This document shows, in pieces, positions 46,118-58,785 of a stretch of DNA of 64,000 bases. The notes under the pieces were generated by a model, which saw only the letters and a list, made by a program, of their open reading frames with translations, searched no databases and was not told where the DNA came from. The position numbers were made by a program, and so were the translations under genes. The DNA is from Mobula hypostoma (lineage: Eukaryota): positions 181,910,001-181,974,000 of the forward strand of contig NC_086097.1 in NCBI RefSeq assembly GCF_963921235.1, given 5' to 3'. The number at the start of each line of letters is the position of its first letter. Position 1 is the stretch's first letter.

Positions 46118-48987
46118 TCGTTATATGCATGTGCAGTTCAACTCTTTGAGTGAAAATGCAGAAAGTTTGAAGTTAATAACTCACCTCCTTCTACCTTAGG
46201 CCACGAACTTATCAATCACCCCTGCTGTGGACCACTTCTGCAAAGAAGGGATCTGTATGCTCCACGACCACTGGACTATGTGTGTACATGTAGGAGGGGA
46301 CTATATTGAAAAATAACTGTGCTAGGTTTTCTTAAATTGACTCCTTCTACCTTAGGCCACAAACTTATCAATCACCCCTCGTATTAAGATCACTGTCTCC
46401 TAAGGGTTCTTTTACCTTAAGCTCCCTGATCATATCTGGGTCATTACATAACACCATATCCAGAATTGTTGTTTCCCTTGTGTGGTCAACTGTGAGCTGT
46501 TCTTAAAAAGCCATCTCTTTGGCGTTCTACAAATTCCCTCTCTTGGGATCCAGCACCAACCTGATTTTCCCAATCTACCTGCATATTGAAATCTCCCATG
46601 ACTTTTGCAACAATGCATTTTAACATGCCTTTTCTATCCCATTGCTCATCCTGGCTACTGTTCGGAGACCTGAAAATAACTCCCATTAGAGTCTTTTTAC
46701 CCTTGCAGCTTCTTAAATCTATTCACAAGGATTCTATGTCTTCTGATGCGATGTCAGCTCTTTCGAAGGATTTGATTTCAGTTCTTACTGACAGAGCCAC
46801 CTCACTCCCTCTGCCTACCTGCCTATCCTTTCGATACAGTGTATATCCTTGGATGTTTAGGTCCCAAATGTGATCTTCTTTCAGCCATGACTCAACAATA
46901 CCCAAAACATCATACCTGCCTATCTGTAACTGCACTACAGTATAATCTACCTTATTCTGTATACCGCATGCATTCAAATATAACAGCTCTTAATAGTTGC
47001 TTGTATTAGCTCTTCATAATACAATCCAGTCAGTCTGTTTCTCTGCTCAGTTCTATAGCCTGACACTTTAAATCTTTAGATATTTATTAATTTCTTTGTG
47101 AATGTTACAATGGATTTGATGTCCACCATACTTTTAAGTATTGTATTCCCAATCATAGTAACTGGTGATCTTGGGGGCACAGGTCATGGATCTTTTAAGA
47201 GTCACTTTGAATTTATGTCCTCTAATCTTTGGTGTCTCTGCTATCTAAACACATCACGGTCAGATCTTCTCTCAGTCTTCTGCTCAAAGAAGAATTCCCT
47301 CCCCCCCCCCACTGTACTTCAACCAGTACAGTTACAGTGGGCCATGTTTCTTCCTTTATGTGAAAGATTTATGATTCTGAGCTGCTAGATGAATAACAGC
47401 TTTGCCAGTAATGCTGAGATAATGCTGAAAGAGCAGTGTTGTCCCTGAGATCCAAGGCTATGAAGGAATGTGGAATGGGGCTGAAGGTGCAAATTCTGAT
47501 ATAGTGCTGTGGTTGATGGGGAAAGTGGAGGAAAAGATTACTGATAGTAGTTGGAAAAATACTGATTACCCTGAATTTGTCTTTAAAACTTATAATCTCT
47601 TTTGGCTTTGGGTAATTAATTAATGGTCTGAGGGTTGGTGATCTTGAAACAACAGCATAGGGGGAAAAGTTGTGATTGAGGTTTTTAACAACAATTGGCA
47701 GACGATTGCTTGATTTTATCCCATGCAGCCTTTGAACTGTTGTAGCCCTCAGAATTGTTGCAGCCCATGGTTTGCTGGGCCATCAGAAGAAATATGTTTT
47801 TCTGTGGTAGGGTTTTTCATTCTTTCTCTCCCCTTGAGCTTAATGTACCAGGCTGAGGCACATAGACACTTGGCTGGTAGATTGGATAAGGTCTTAAAAA
47901 GGTTAGCAGAAGAGAGAATTGGATACAGAAGGAAGGGATGGAGAAGCAATCAGAACGTTTTTTAGTTGATTTTGGACAATGTGACTTTTTGAGAGGGCTG
48001 TAGAGAGAAATAATAACCTTTCACTGTGAAAATAATGGCACTCGCTCTTGCACAGAAGAGTGTTGTGCATGGGCTGTGTGGCAAATTTGGGCCTGACGTT
48101 TCAAGCATATTTGTCTGAACTGAGATAAACTGAATTGGATACAGTATTTATCTTGACTTAACTGGTGTTTTTCTCTCTTCCATCAAGTGGTTGTATTTAC
48201 ACTCATAAATATTCCAGACAAAGTGGTTGGGTGAGGCCACTGGGTACATTGTGGGCCAGAGCTATGAACTTCCTGTGCAGGTGTTGTGGACCCTTTGTTC
48301 TGAATGCCCCAACCTTGAGGGCATTGTTTAGAGGGGCTCTTGAGCTCTGTATACTTGGGGCTGGAACCTTCCTCCTCCTTCTTGTAAGTTCCATGTGCCT
48401 GAGGGGGTGGGTAAGTGTCTGATTTAAATTGTGCTCCATTGTGTAAAGTGCAGTATTGGACTAGTGTGGTGAAGCAAGATGGAGCGTGATGCAGGGGTGA
48501 GTGGGTGGGACATTGTGGGGGAGGAACCTTTTGCATTGTGATTCAGAGCACGAGGAACATTTAACAAGTAGCAATGAAACACTTTCTTTTTTTATTCTTG
48601 TCCCCTGGTAATGTGCTTTCTTTCCGCACCCTGTTTTGTGCTTGCAGTGCTGGTGACATTGGTGTAATGTAATCTCGGAGAAAGCAGTGCAGTGTCATTT
48701 GTGGTCTGATTGTCTTTGGGTGGAAGACTAGAGACAGGATGGTTGGCAGGGTGGAGTTTGTTCAGTGTTATGAGGTCAGAAGAATATTAAACGTGGGACA
48801 AGAGTGGGTTGGAAAATAGAAAGAAGAAACAAGCCTCTGAGCCCCATGGAGTCAACTGAAAGTGGTGGATGTGTCGAAGGAATGGAAGTTGAATCAGATT
48901 CTTAGTGAAGGGGAGAGGTCTATGGTCTGACTGCCATTTGGGCTGATGACATCAATTCCCTGCAATGTTCTGTAAATACGAAAAGAA

Positions 48988-49237
48988 CAGCATGGTAGCA
49001 TAGCAGCTAATGCAACACTTTACAGCACCAGAAACCTGGGTTCAATTCCTGCCGTTGTTTGAAAGGAGTTTATACGTTCTTCCTGTGGCTGTGTGGGTTT
49101 CCTCTGGGTGCTCGGGTTTCCTCCCACATTCCAAAGGTGTACGGGTTAGCAGGTTAATTGGTCACATGGGTGTAATAGTGTGGTGTGAGCTCATTGGCCC
49201 GGAAGGACGTGTTACTGTGCTATACCTCTAAATAAAA
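48988..49237 (+). mobile_element. V-SINE/HE1-like SINE
   Basis: tRNA-like head (tggtagcatagc...gggttcaattcc), V-domain gtgtgggtttcctctgggtgctcgggtttcctcccaca, and tail ctctaaataaa. Confidence 0.85.
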
Positions 49238-49259
49238 TATACTTGTTCTTAGGGTTGGA

Positions 49260-50810
49260 GAAACTCGGGAGTATTGGTTCAAAGTGAGGGGGAGGGGAAT
49301 GTTTCATAGAATTTGAAGGGCAATTTTGTGCAGAGTGTGATGTGTATGTGGAATGAGCTGGCAGACAAAATGGTTGAGGCAGGTACAATAACAGCTTTAA
49401 AAAGTCAGTTAAACAAGGACATAGAATGGATAAGAAAGGTTTAGAGGGATGGGGTCCCAATGCCAAATGCAGGCAAATGGCATCTTAGTAGGCATGGACC
49501 AATTAGTCTGAAGGGCCTGGCCCGTTTCTGTGATGTTAGACTCTCTGAGATTAGGTCATAAAGACAAATAGTGGTTGCAGTGAGCATTGCACCACTTCAG
49601 ATTGAGGTTATCTGTATTAGACTAAGGAAGTTGTCTCAGGTGCCAGAAAGGAGAATTGGTGGATAGTTAGCAGGTGCTTGACAAAGGTAGAAAACTAACT
49701 TGAGACAATCTGTCAGGCATTGCTAGACAGCCCGTGGAGATGCTTCTTAACATTCTTCAATAAAAACTTGACAAAGGGAGGTCAATGTAAGGAAGTCTGA
49801 GATCACTGATATATGCACCTAAGTAAAAGAATTAAGAAATAGTTTATTATCTAAATGGAGACATAATGCAAATGAGTGAAGGTCAGATGGGTCTTGGTGT
49901 TTCAATTACCAAAGGTTAGCAGCCAGTGCCAACAAGTGATCAAGAAGGTAAGCATCTTGTTTCTTTATAGGGAAGGCACTGGAGTTTGAATTGGGAGATT
50001 TTGTTACAGTGGTGCAGTGCTGGTGAGGCTACCACCTGTGCAGAGTTTTGGTCTCCTTATAAGGATATCCCCTTACAGGGATATCGTAATATAGGACCAA
50101 TTGAAAAGAAATTCACCAAGATATTCACTAGCTTATATAAAGGGGCATCATTTTAAGGTGATTGGAGGAAACTGTAGGGGGGATGTCAGAGGTAATTTCT
50201 TTACACAGAGTGATGGATGCATGGAATACCCTGCCAAGGGTAGTTGGAGAAGCAGATTCATTAGAGCATTTATGAAACTCTTACATAGGCACATAGATAA
50301 TAGAAAAATGGAGAATTTTGTAGGAGGGAATAGTTAGATTGATTTTAAGCCTAGGTTGAATGATTGACACAACATTATGGGCTGAAGGTTCTGTACTGTG
50401 CTGTATTCTGTGATATTACACTTGGGTGTGAGAGTAGTCCTATGAAGAGAGGATCTGTATTCTATGGAGTTTAGAAGAATTGAGGGAGCTTGTCAAGGTC
50501 CATGTTGTATTTTCACTGGTGGGATAGTCACAAACAAGAGGATATTACAACAAAATAAGGGACTAGTCATTTCAAAACTGAGTTGTGTAGAAATTTCTTC
50601 TCTCAGAAGGCAATGAAGCTGTGGAATTCTCTGCCCTTGATGGTAGTGGAGGCTTGATCAGTAGATACGTTTAAGGTGAAGCTAGGTAAATATTTAAACT
50701 AGCGAGGAATGTGTGTTATCAGGAACTGCCATAGAGAAGCAAGCTTAATTGAGTCTTAATCCTATTGAATAGTAGGGCAGGCTCAAGGACCTCCTAATTT
50801 CTTTTGTTCT
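49260..50810 (+). mobile_element. Cluster of old plus-strand CR1 3' fragments
   Basis: Several CR1 C-terminal and tail remnants (~49260-49545 and ~49780-50810, with a nested copy at ~50135-50410). Confidence 0.65.
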
Positions 50811-51039
50811 TGTGTTTATCGTGGAGTCAGTTCAGTCTTCTGACCACAGTGATCCTTAAGCCTTCTGAATCGATGCTGGTTGTCAAATATCTCTCTGCAC
50901 CATTCTCACTTCCCAGTCCATGGCTAGTGGCCTTCTATACCTGAGCATTTCAAAGTTCAAAAGTTCAAAGTAAATATATTTTCAAAGTACATATTTTTGA
51001 CCATATACTCTCCACCACACATCTGATTCATCACCACCT

Positions 51040-52480
51040 TTTGATTCAGTGAGCAACAGTGGTGTCATGAGCAAATCTGAATATGGCATTGGAGCTGTTC
51101 TTAGCCACACAATCATAAGTGTAAAGTGAGTTGAGCAGGGGTAAGCTCACAGCCTTGTGGTGCACATTTACTGGTGGAGATTGCGGAGGAGATGTTGCTA
51201 ATTCAAATTGAACGCCTGCAAGTGAAAAAATAGAGGATCAAATTGAACAAGGAGGTATTGAGGCCAAGATCTTGAAGCTTATTGATTAGTCTGAAGGGAT
51301 GATAATATTGAATGCTGAGCTGTAGCCCAATAAAGAGCATCCTGATGTGTGCATCTTTGCTGTTCAGTTGTTTCAGGGTTGAGTGAAGAGCCAATGAGAT
51401 GGTGTCTGCTGTGGACCTATTGCTCTGAATAGGAGGAAAATTAGAGCAGGTCCAAGTGGCTTCTCAGATAGGAGTTGGTATGTTTAGAAACATAGAAAAC
51501 CTACAGCACAATACAGGCCCTTCAGCCCACAAAGTTGTGCCAAACGTGTCCCTGCCTTAGAAATTACTAGGCTTACCCATAGCCCTCTATTTTTCTAAGC
51601 TCCATGTACCTATCCAAAAGTCCCTTAAAAGACCCTATCATATCTGCCTCCACCACCATTGTCGGCGGCCCATTCCACGCACTCACCACTTTCTGAGTGA
51701 AAAACTTACCCCTGACATCTCCTCTGTACCTACTCCTCAGCACCTTAAACCTGTGTCCTCTTGTGGCAACCATTTCAGCCCTGGGAGAAAGCCCTTGACT
51801 ATCCACATGATCAATGCCTCTCATCATCTATCAGGTCACCTCTCATCCTCCGTCGCTTCAAGGAGAAAAGGCCGAGTTCACTCAACCTGCTTTCATAAGG
51901 CGTGTTCCCCAATCCAGGCAACATCCTTGTAAATCTCCTCTGCACCCTTTCTATAGCTTCCACATCCTTCCTGTCGTGAGGCGACCAGAACTGAGCACAG
52001 TACTCCAAGTGGGGTCTGACCAGGGTTCTATATACCTCTCGGCTCCTAAATTCAATGCCACATTTGATGAAGGCCAATACACAGTTTGCCTTCTTAACCA
52101 CAGAGTGAACCTGCATTTCATCACCAAGCTCTCAAAGCACTTAATCACTGTTGATATATAGTAAGTGCTACAGGGTGATAGTCATTGAGGCAAGTCACCA
52201 TTCTCTTCTTGGGCACCATTGTAACTGAAGCCTGCTTGAAGCAGGTGGTACTGCACATAGCCAGACGGAAAGGTTAAAGATCTCAGTGAACACACCAGTC
52301 AATTGATCAGCATAGATCTTTAGTACTTGGCCAAGTACACCATCTGGGCTGGATACTTTTCATGGGTTCACCCTCCTGAAGGCTGCTTATATGTTGGCTT
52401 CAGAGACTGAAAAGGTAGGGCCATCAGGGGATGTGGGAGTTTGTGATGACTTTCATGTTTTGATGTTCAAAGCGGGCATA
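51040..52480 (-). mobile_element. Rex1/Babar RT fragment split by a CR1
   Basis: Reads IKCFESLVMK before the CR1 and ALHSTLKQLNSKDAHIRMLFI after it. Confidence 0.8.
51486..52115 (-). mobile_element. 5'-truncated CR1, same subfamily as 39229-40231
   Basis: Reads YRTLVRPHLEYCAQFWSP...RRFTRMLPGL. The 3' terminus agaaacatagaaaa is shared with the 39229 copy. Confidence 0.92.
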
Positions 52481-52984
52481 GATTAGCTGGGAGTCTTGAT
52501 GTTTAACTGATGCATGCTCCTTATTTAATGTAAAGGTATCTCACTATCCTCTTGTAATTATTTGAATATAAGAAATGTTGATGGAAAGGAGCTTTGTGGG
52601 AATTGGGATGTAGATAATTGAGATTTAGATGATTTCTAGTTGTGGTCGAATAAAACTGGGCAGGTTGGCCAATTTTGTTTGGCAATAGTAAACCAATAAG
52701 AAAGGCAAGAATGAAAGTTGATGAGCTGAGACAGGGTGGAACTTGGCGATGTTCTGTTTGTGCCCTTTCAGCAATTTTTTTTGCATCTGCCCCTCATCAT
52801 TTCTCAGTCCATTTATACCTTCTCCAGACATCTGTACTCCTTAAGCATTGTCTCTTGTTTCCAACCTATCATACATTAAGGTATTGAGTTGATAAATCTC
52901 CATGAAGCCATTCAACTAATCTTATTGCAGACCTTTTCTTTGTTCCATACAGTTTCCCTCTGACAGAAAACCCACTTGCACCTC

Positions 52985-53885
52985 TTTTTTAGCAAAACTA
53001 TAAAAGTTTATTTACATCACAAATACACAAGGTGCAAACATTAAGTATTTACAAGATAATGAGCACACTCAAATTAAAATATGGTTATACCTGTCTATCA
53101 GACAATCAATGCCCCAGGGAGCCCACCACTCCTGGCAGTCCCCCAGTGTGCCCATTGTGACTGCATGCTCCCTCTCCAAGGACAGCTGGGCACGTATGTA
53201 TGTTTGGGAGAGGGGCAGGCAGTGCCTTCCACTTTCTGCCACCTAGACCCGTCAATTGCCATCTTGGCTAGACCCAGGAGCCAGCCTACTAGGAGATTCT
53301 CCTCACAACCTGCCCCCTTCCAAACTGGGTGCCCGTATATGAGGATCACGGGACTAAAATGCCATCAGAACCAAAGCAGAATCTCAAACGGGAGCTGCAA
53401 CCTCTCACATTTCGTGTAAGCATGATACATTGATTCTTCCTGCCCACAGAATGGACATGCGGACGGAGTGTCAGTGAACCTGCTTTAAAAACCTGTTGTC
53501 CGGTACTGCCCGATGCAACACCTTTCACCCCAGGTCCCCAATGTACTGGGGAAGGACCCCTGCGTAAAGAGACTTCCACCAGAGACCTCCTCCGCTGCCA
53601 GATGGTAACAGACCGCGAAGGCGAGTCTGGTCAGCAGAGGAAGACAAGGAAGTGAAAAGTGTGCAGGAGCAGCCCATACAAGAAACACTTCAGAGCGTTA
53701 TGAAACGGCATGTTGGGCATCTCCGCAAGATAACTCATGATATGTGGGAGCCTGTTCCGTATGGTCTCCTGAGGCCTGGGTCTGACGAGCACATTGCGTG
53801 GTAGTACAGTCAGAGTCCCTCCACTTCCGTGCGCTCTCCCGACACTCACAGTAATAGGATTGGGACCAGTCACCTCAGCAGCCAG
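52985..53885 (-). mobile_element. Tx1/L1-clade LINE 3' fragment
   Basis: Frames read LIYGHPV...LLVGWLLGLAKMAI and FLYGLLLHTFHF, typical of the Tx1 C-terminal region. AATAAA and an A-rich end at ~52985-53015 on the minus strand. Confidence 0.75.
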
Positions 53886-54579
53886 AGCAGAACATTATCT
53901 CTCTTACCAGTTCTGACAAAAGGACACAGACCCAATACAGTGATTGTTTGTCTTTCCACAGATGTTGCTTGACTTGCTGTTTGTTTCCAGCATTCTGCTT
54001 TTGTTACAAGAAAGTTTGCTTCCCAACATTTCCCAGTTCTGATGAAGCATTAACTTTTGTTTTTCTTACTATGGGTGTTGCCTGATATCTTGAGTGTTTG
54101 CAGCACGTGCTGTTTTTAATTTCTGGCACATTTATGGATATAAGCAGTATTAGTGAAAGGGCATGCAGCTCCTCTGATTGATTTTCACTCCAATAACTCC
54201 TTGCTCCTTCAGCCAGCTAGTAATCATTCTCCTACCTTTCATTCCCACCACAGCCCTCCCTCTCTTTCTCCTGCTATCATGCTGCTTCCAGATAGTCCCA
54301 CTCATCACATCCCCAGTCTCTCCCACTCCCCCTCCAAGGTACTCCTCTGTGTGCCCTGAATCATCACCAAGCTATAACTTCTTTCCCCTTTGAGCCAGTT
54401 CTTTCCCTGTTCTGTATTCCTTTCAACCCACCCCCTCTATTCAATCACCTTTCAGCCACTCTCAGCCTCCACTCTCTTAATTCCTTTTCCTTAAAGTTGC
54501 CTATCCCTCAACTCCAAGTCTTGATCACATTTGAGTAAGCTGACTAAATGTTTTCCAGTCACTCAACATGAAGATTCAA

Positions 54580-54824
54580 ACATCAGGGAGAACATTCATA
54601 CATCAGAGGTGCAAAGGGACTTGGGAGTCCTTGTGCAAGACTCCCAGAAGGTTAATTTGCAGACTGAGTCTGTGGTAAAGAAGGCAAATGCAATGTTGGC
54701 ATTCATTTCAAGGGGAATAGAATATAAAAACAAGGAGATAATGCTGAGGAATTATAAGACACTAGTCAGGTTGCACTTGGAGTATTGTCAACAGTTTTGG
54801 GCCCTATATCTCAGAAAGGATGTA
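54580..54824 (+). mobile_element. CR1 ORF2 fragment
   Basis: EVQRDLGVLV...VVKKANAMLAFISRGIEYK...YKTLVRLHLEYC. Confidence 0.85.
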
Positions 54825-55182
54825 CCAAAATTCTCTAGCCTCCTGAGGAAGTAGAGATGCTGATGAGCACCCTTGGCTAAGGTGTTTATGTGATTGGATC
54901 AAGACAGATTATTGGTGATGTTCACTCCCAGGTAAAATCAAATCAGGAGTATTGTGTAATGTTGATCTTCCTTAACGTGTGCTGTAAATGGAATGGATAG
55001 ACTGTCTTAAAGGAGAGGTTAGGCAATCTGGACTTGTATCTGCAAGTATTTATAATAATGAAAGGTTATTGAACTGAAACATAAGATATGGGTCATAGAA
55101 TTGTACAGCAGAGAAATGGCCTTTTCAGTCCATTGTGTCCATGTTGACCCTTTTGACCAAATGCACTAATCCCATTTATTCA

Positions 55183-55368
55183 TTCACAAACAAGGGAAAG
55201 TCTGCAGATGCACACACACAAAATGCTGGAGGAGGAACTCAGCAGGCCAGGCAGCAGCTATTGAAAAAGTACAGTCGATGTTTTGAACTGAGACCCTGAA
55301 AGTTCATCTCTTTTCTACAGATGCTGTGTGGCTTTCTGAGTTCCCCTAGTATTTTGTGTGTGTTGATG
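55183..55368. mobile_element. Head-to-head Penelope terminal-repeat hairpin remnant
   Basis: acacacacaaaatgctggagg...cagcag is followed by its decayed reverse complement ending ttttgtgtgtgttg. Confidence 0.65.
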
Positions 55369-56536
55369 TCATTAATCTATGTTAGGTCTGTGCCTTAGAT
55401 TAGAAGAAATGGAAGTGAATTGCTGCTTTGCCTGGAAATATTTGCTGTAAATCTGTCAAGATATGTTTTCACAGTGTTGTATTTGACTGATGTTTCAAGT
55501 CTACTCTACAAGAAAATAAGAGAACATTTTAGCCATTTATTCCCCTTGAGACTGCTCCACCATTCAGTAAGATTATGGTTGATCTGATAGCCTTAACTCT
55601 CTAGTGGGGCAGCAGATTGGTGTAATTGGGGAGACCTGTGTCTCACTGGTACAACTTTGTTTTCCAGTGCTTCTTGTGTAGAGATTACGCATACTCCCTG
55701 TGAGTTTCCTCCCACCAATGTGTTATGAGTTGGTAATTGGCCTCTGTAAATTATCCATTGTGTACGGATGAGTGAAGAATGTGAGGAGTATAAAATTGAG
55801 ATTAGTCGTTGGATTAGTATAAATGGGTGACAGATAGTTAGCATGGACTTGGTGAAATGAAAGACCTGTTTCTGTGCTGTATCTCTCTGTGACTATATGA
55901 ACACTTTCCTGCAAGATTCCCAAAACCCTTGACTTCTCTAATGAGAACATACAGCAATATGTATATCTATATTCTGCCATATAAATGTATAAATTACTGC
56001 AGAATAGTGTTTGCAATAATTATCCAATCTTTATTTAAGTAATGTAATGGCCACCAAAGGTATGTAAAAAGCACTGTATTAACACAAGTCATCTTTCTGC
56101 TTTGTGTTAAGTGACAAGTAAAAAACTGTGTGTATCGTTCCTTGAAAACGTAAGCAGAAGCACTCCATTGAAGCAAGCTTTCTTTTTGAGGCATGCTGTG
56201 AATTCTCAAGGTAAAGGTGATTTGGACCATTTCATGTAGCTGATGCCGGAGTGCCTGGAGTAAGAACCAACAAAGAATGTGCTACACAGGACAGGCCCTG
56301 CTGACCACAATGCCACTTTTAACTAATCCCATCTGCCTTCACAGTGTCCATTTTCTTTCATTCTTTATCTATTTTTGTGCCTTTCTAAATGTCTGTGAAA
56401 CATTGCTATCATACTTTCTACACACCCTCCCCTGACAGTGTATTCCAGGCACCTGTCACTCTCCCTTTCTCACCTTAAACCTATGACCTTCTAGTATTTG
56501 ACATTTCTGCTCTGGGGGAGAAACTCTGACTGTCCA

Positions 56537-58585
56537 GATCACAAGACAAAGGAGCAGAAGTAGGCCATTCGACCCATTGAGTCTACTCTGCCACTCCACC
56601 ATGAGCCAAACTATTCTCCCATCTACTTCCAATTTCCGGCTTTTTCCCCATATCCCTTGATACCCTGACTAATTAGGTACCTATCAATCTCCTCCTTAAA
56701 CACCCTCAATGATCGGACTGCCACAGCTGTATGTTGCAACGAATTCCATAAATCTGTGACCCTCTGGCTAAAAAAAATTCTCTTCATCTCTGTTTTAAAT
56801 GGGTACCCTCTAATTCTAAGATATGTCCTCTTGTCCTGGACTCGCCCATCAAGGGAAACAGCCTTTCCACATTTACTCTGTCCAACCCTTTCAACATTCG
56901 AAATATTTCTATGAGACTCCCCCCCCATTCTTCTATGCTGTAATGAATACAGTCCAAGAGCCGACAAACGCTCCTCATATGTTAGCCCCTACATTCCAGG
57001 AATCATCCTCGTAAATCTTCTATGAACTCCCTCCAACATCAGAACATCCCTTCTAAGATAGTGTGCCCAAAACTGCACACAGTATTCCAAATGAGGTCTC
57101 ACCAGTGCCCCATAGAGCCTTATCAACACCTCCTTACTCTTATACACGATTCCTCTTGAAATGAATGCCAACATAGCATTCGCTTTCCTTACTGCTCATC
57201 CAACCTGGTGGTTAACCTTCAGGGTATCCTGCACGAGGACCCCCAAGTCCCTTTGCATTTCTGATTTTTGAATTTTCTCCCCATCTAAATAAAAATCTGC
57301 CCGATTATATCTTCTTCCAAAATGTACAACCGTACATTTCTCAACATTGTATCTCATCTGCCATTTCTTTGCCCACTGCCCTAAACTGACCAAGTCTCTC
57401 TGCAACCTTTCCATTTCTTCAACTCTTCCTGGTCCTCCACCTATCTTGGTGTCATCCGCAAACTTAGCTACAAAACCATTTACTCCATAATCCAAATCAT
57501 CGATATACATTGTAAAAAGAAGCGGCCCCAACACCGACCCCTGTGGAACACTACTAGTAACTGGCTACCAATCAGAACAGAATCCCTTTATTCCCACCCT
57601 TTGCTTTCTGCCTATCAGCCAATGCTCCACCCATTCCAATATCTTTCCTGTAATTCCATGGGCTCTCAGCTTATTGAGCAGCCTCTTATGCGGCACCTTA
57701 TCGAAGGCCTTTTGAAAATCCAAATAGACAACATCCGCAGCCTCTCCCTTGTCAATCTTATTTGAGGTTACCTCAAAAAATTCCAATAGGTTGGTGAGGC
57801 AGGATCTTCCCTTCATGAAACCATGCTGGCTTGGGCCTATCTTGTCATGCACCTCCAGGTATTTCATAACCTCGTCCTTGAGGATCGATTCCAATAACTT
57901 TCTAACTACCAATGTGAGACTAATAGGTCAGTAATTTTCTTTTTGCTGCCTCCCTCCTTTCTTAAACATCGCAACTGCATTTGTGACCTTCCAGTCCTCC
58001 GGAACTATGCCAGAGTCTATTGATTCCTGGAAGATCATTTCCAACGCCTCCACAATCTCCAAAGCCACCTCCTTCAGAACCCGTGGGTGCACCTCATCCG
58101 GTCCGAGAGACTTATCTATTCTTAGTCCATTTAGCTCTCTCTCTAGTAATCTTGACTGTACCTAATTCTGTTCCATGAGACCTCTGACTATCAGGTATGT
58201 TATTAATGTCTTCCACTGTGAAGACTGATGCAAAATACTCACTTAGTTCCTCTGCCATCTCTTTGTTACCCATTATAATTTCTCCAGCATCATTTTCAAT
58301 CGGTCCTATATCTACTCGTGTCACTCTTTTACTCTTCATATATTTAAAAAAACTCTTAGTATCCTTTTTTATGTTAATTGCTAACTTCCTTTCATAATTC
58401 ATCTTTTCTTTCCCAATGACTTTCTTAGTTTCCTTTTGTAAGTTTTTCAAAGTCGTCCAGTCCTCAGTTTTCCCACTAATTTTTGCTTCCTTGTACGCTG
58501 TCTCTTTTGCTTTCATTTTAACCTTAACCTCTCTGGTTAGCCACATTTGTGCCATTTTTCCATTCATGATTTTCTTTTTTCTTGG
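56537..58585 (-). mobile_element. Young 5'-truncated CR1 (RT domain), nested in an older CR1 3' end (~56270-59020)
   Basis: ORFs contain SQHGFMKGRSCLTNLLEFFE, YLDFQKAFDKVPH, LGPLLFTMYIDDL..KFADDTK and ALVRPHLEYCVQFW, with few frameshifts. Confidence 0.95.
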
Positions 58586-58649
58586 TCTATCCTATCTACT
58601 TCTGTCAGATTGCCCCTCAGCCTCCGACGCTCCAGAGAAAATAGTCCCA

Positions 58650-58785
58650 TCATCTTATTCTGGCTTCTGCCACCTTCCTTTCCAGTCTTGATAAAGGGTC
58701 TCGACTTGAAACATGGACTGTTAATTCTCCTCCATAGGTGCTGCTTGACTTGCTGAGATCCTTCAGAATTTTGTGGGTGTTGCCC
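58650..58785 (+). mobile_element. Penelope-derived fragment with decayed hammerhead
   Basis: cagtc-ttgataa-agggtctcgactt-gaaa-catg-gactg at 58683-58720, followed by the PLE tail. Confidence 0.65.

Larger units (their letters stand above)
45241..46381. mobile_element. Mariner/Tc1-type MITE with ~63-bp TIRs and internal TIR copies
   Basis: TA-flanked (45239-45240, 46382-46383) with termini cgaggggtgattgataagtt and aacttatcaatcacccctcg. The TIR core recurs at ~45409, ~45530 and ~46185. Confidence 0.9.
38968..46985 (-). mobile_element. Old CR1 LINE spanning ORF2, broken by four insertions
   Basis: Pieces lie at 38968-39228, 40232-40420, 40658-41354, 44276-45240 and 46382-46985. They run from the 3' tail through RT (QSQHGFLKEKSCLTN) to APE (NACGIQNK...ESWL...QGYTLYRKDR). 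Confidence 0.9.

Noticed and set aside
45241..46381. CRISPR-like recurrence of a ~39-bp unit
   Set aside because: The units are in both orientations, irregularly spaced, and bounded by TA-flanked TIRs. This is a eukaryotic MITE with no cas genes.
58683..58720. Active hammerhead at this and other decayed copies
   Set aside because: Substitutions in the CUGANGA or GAAA boxes or the cleavage triplet. Counted as fossils only.
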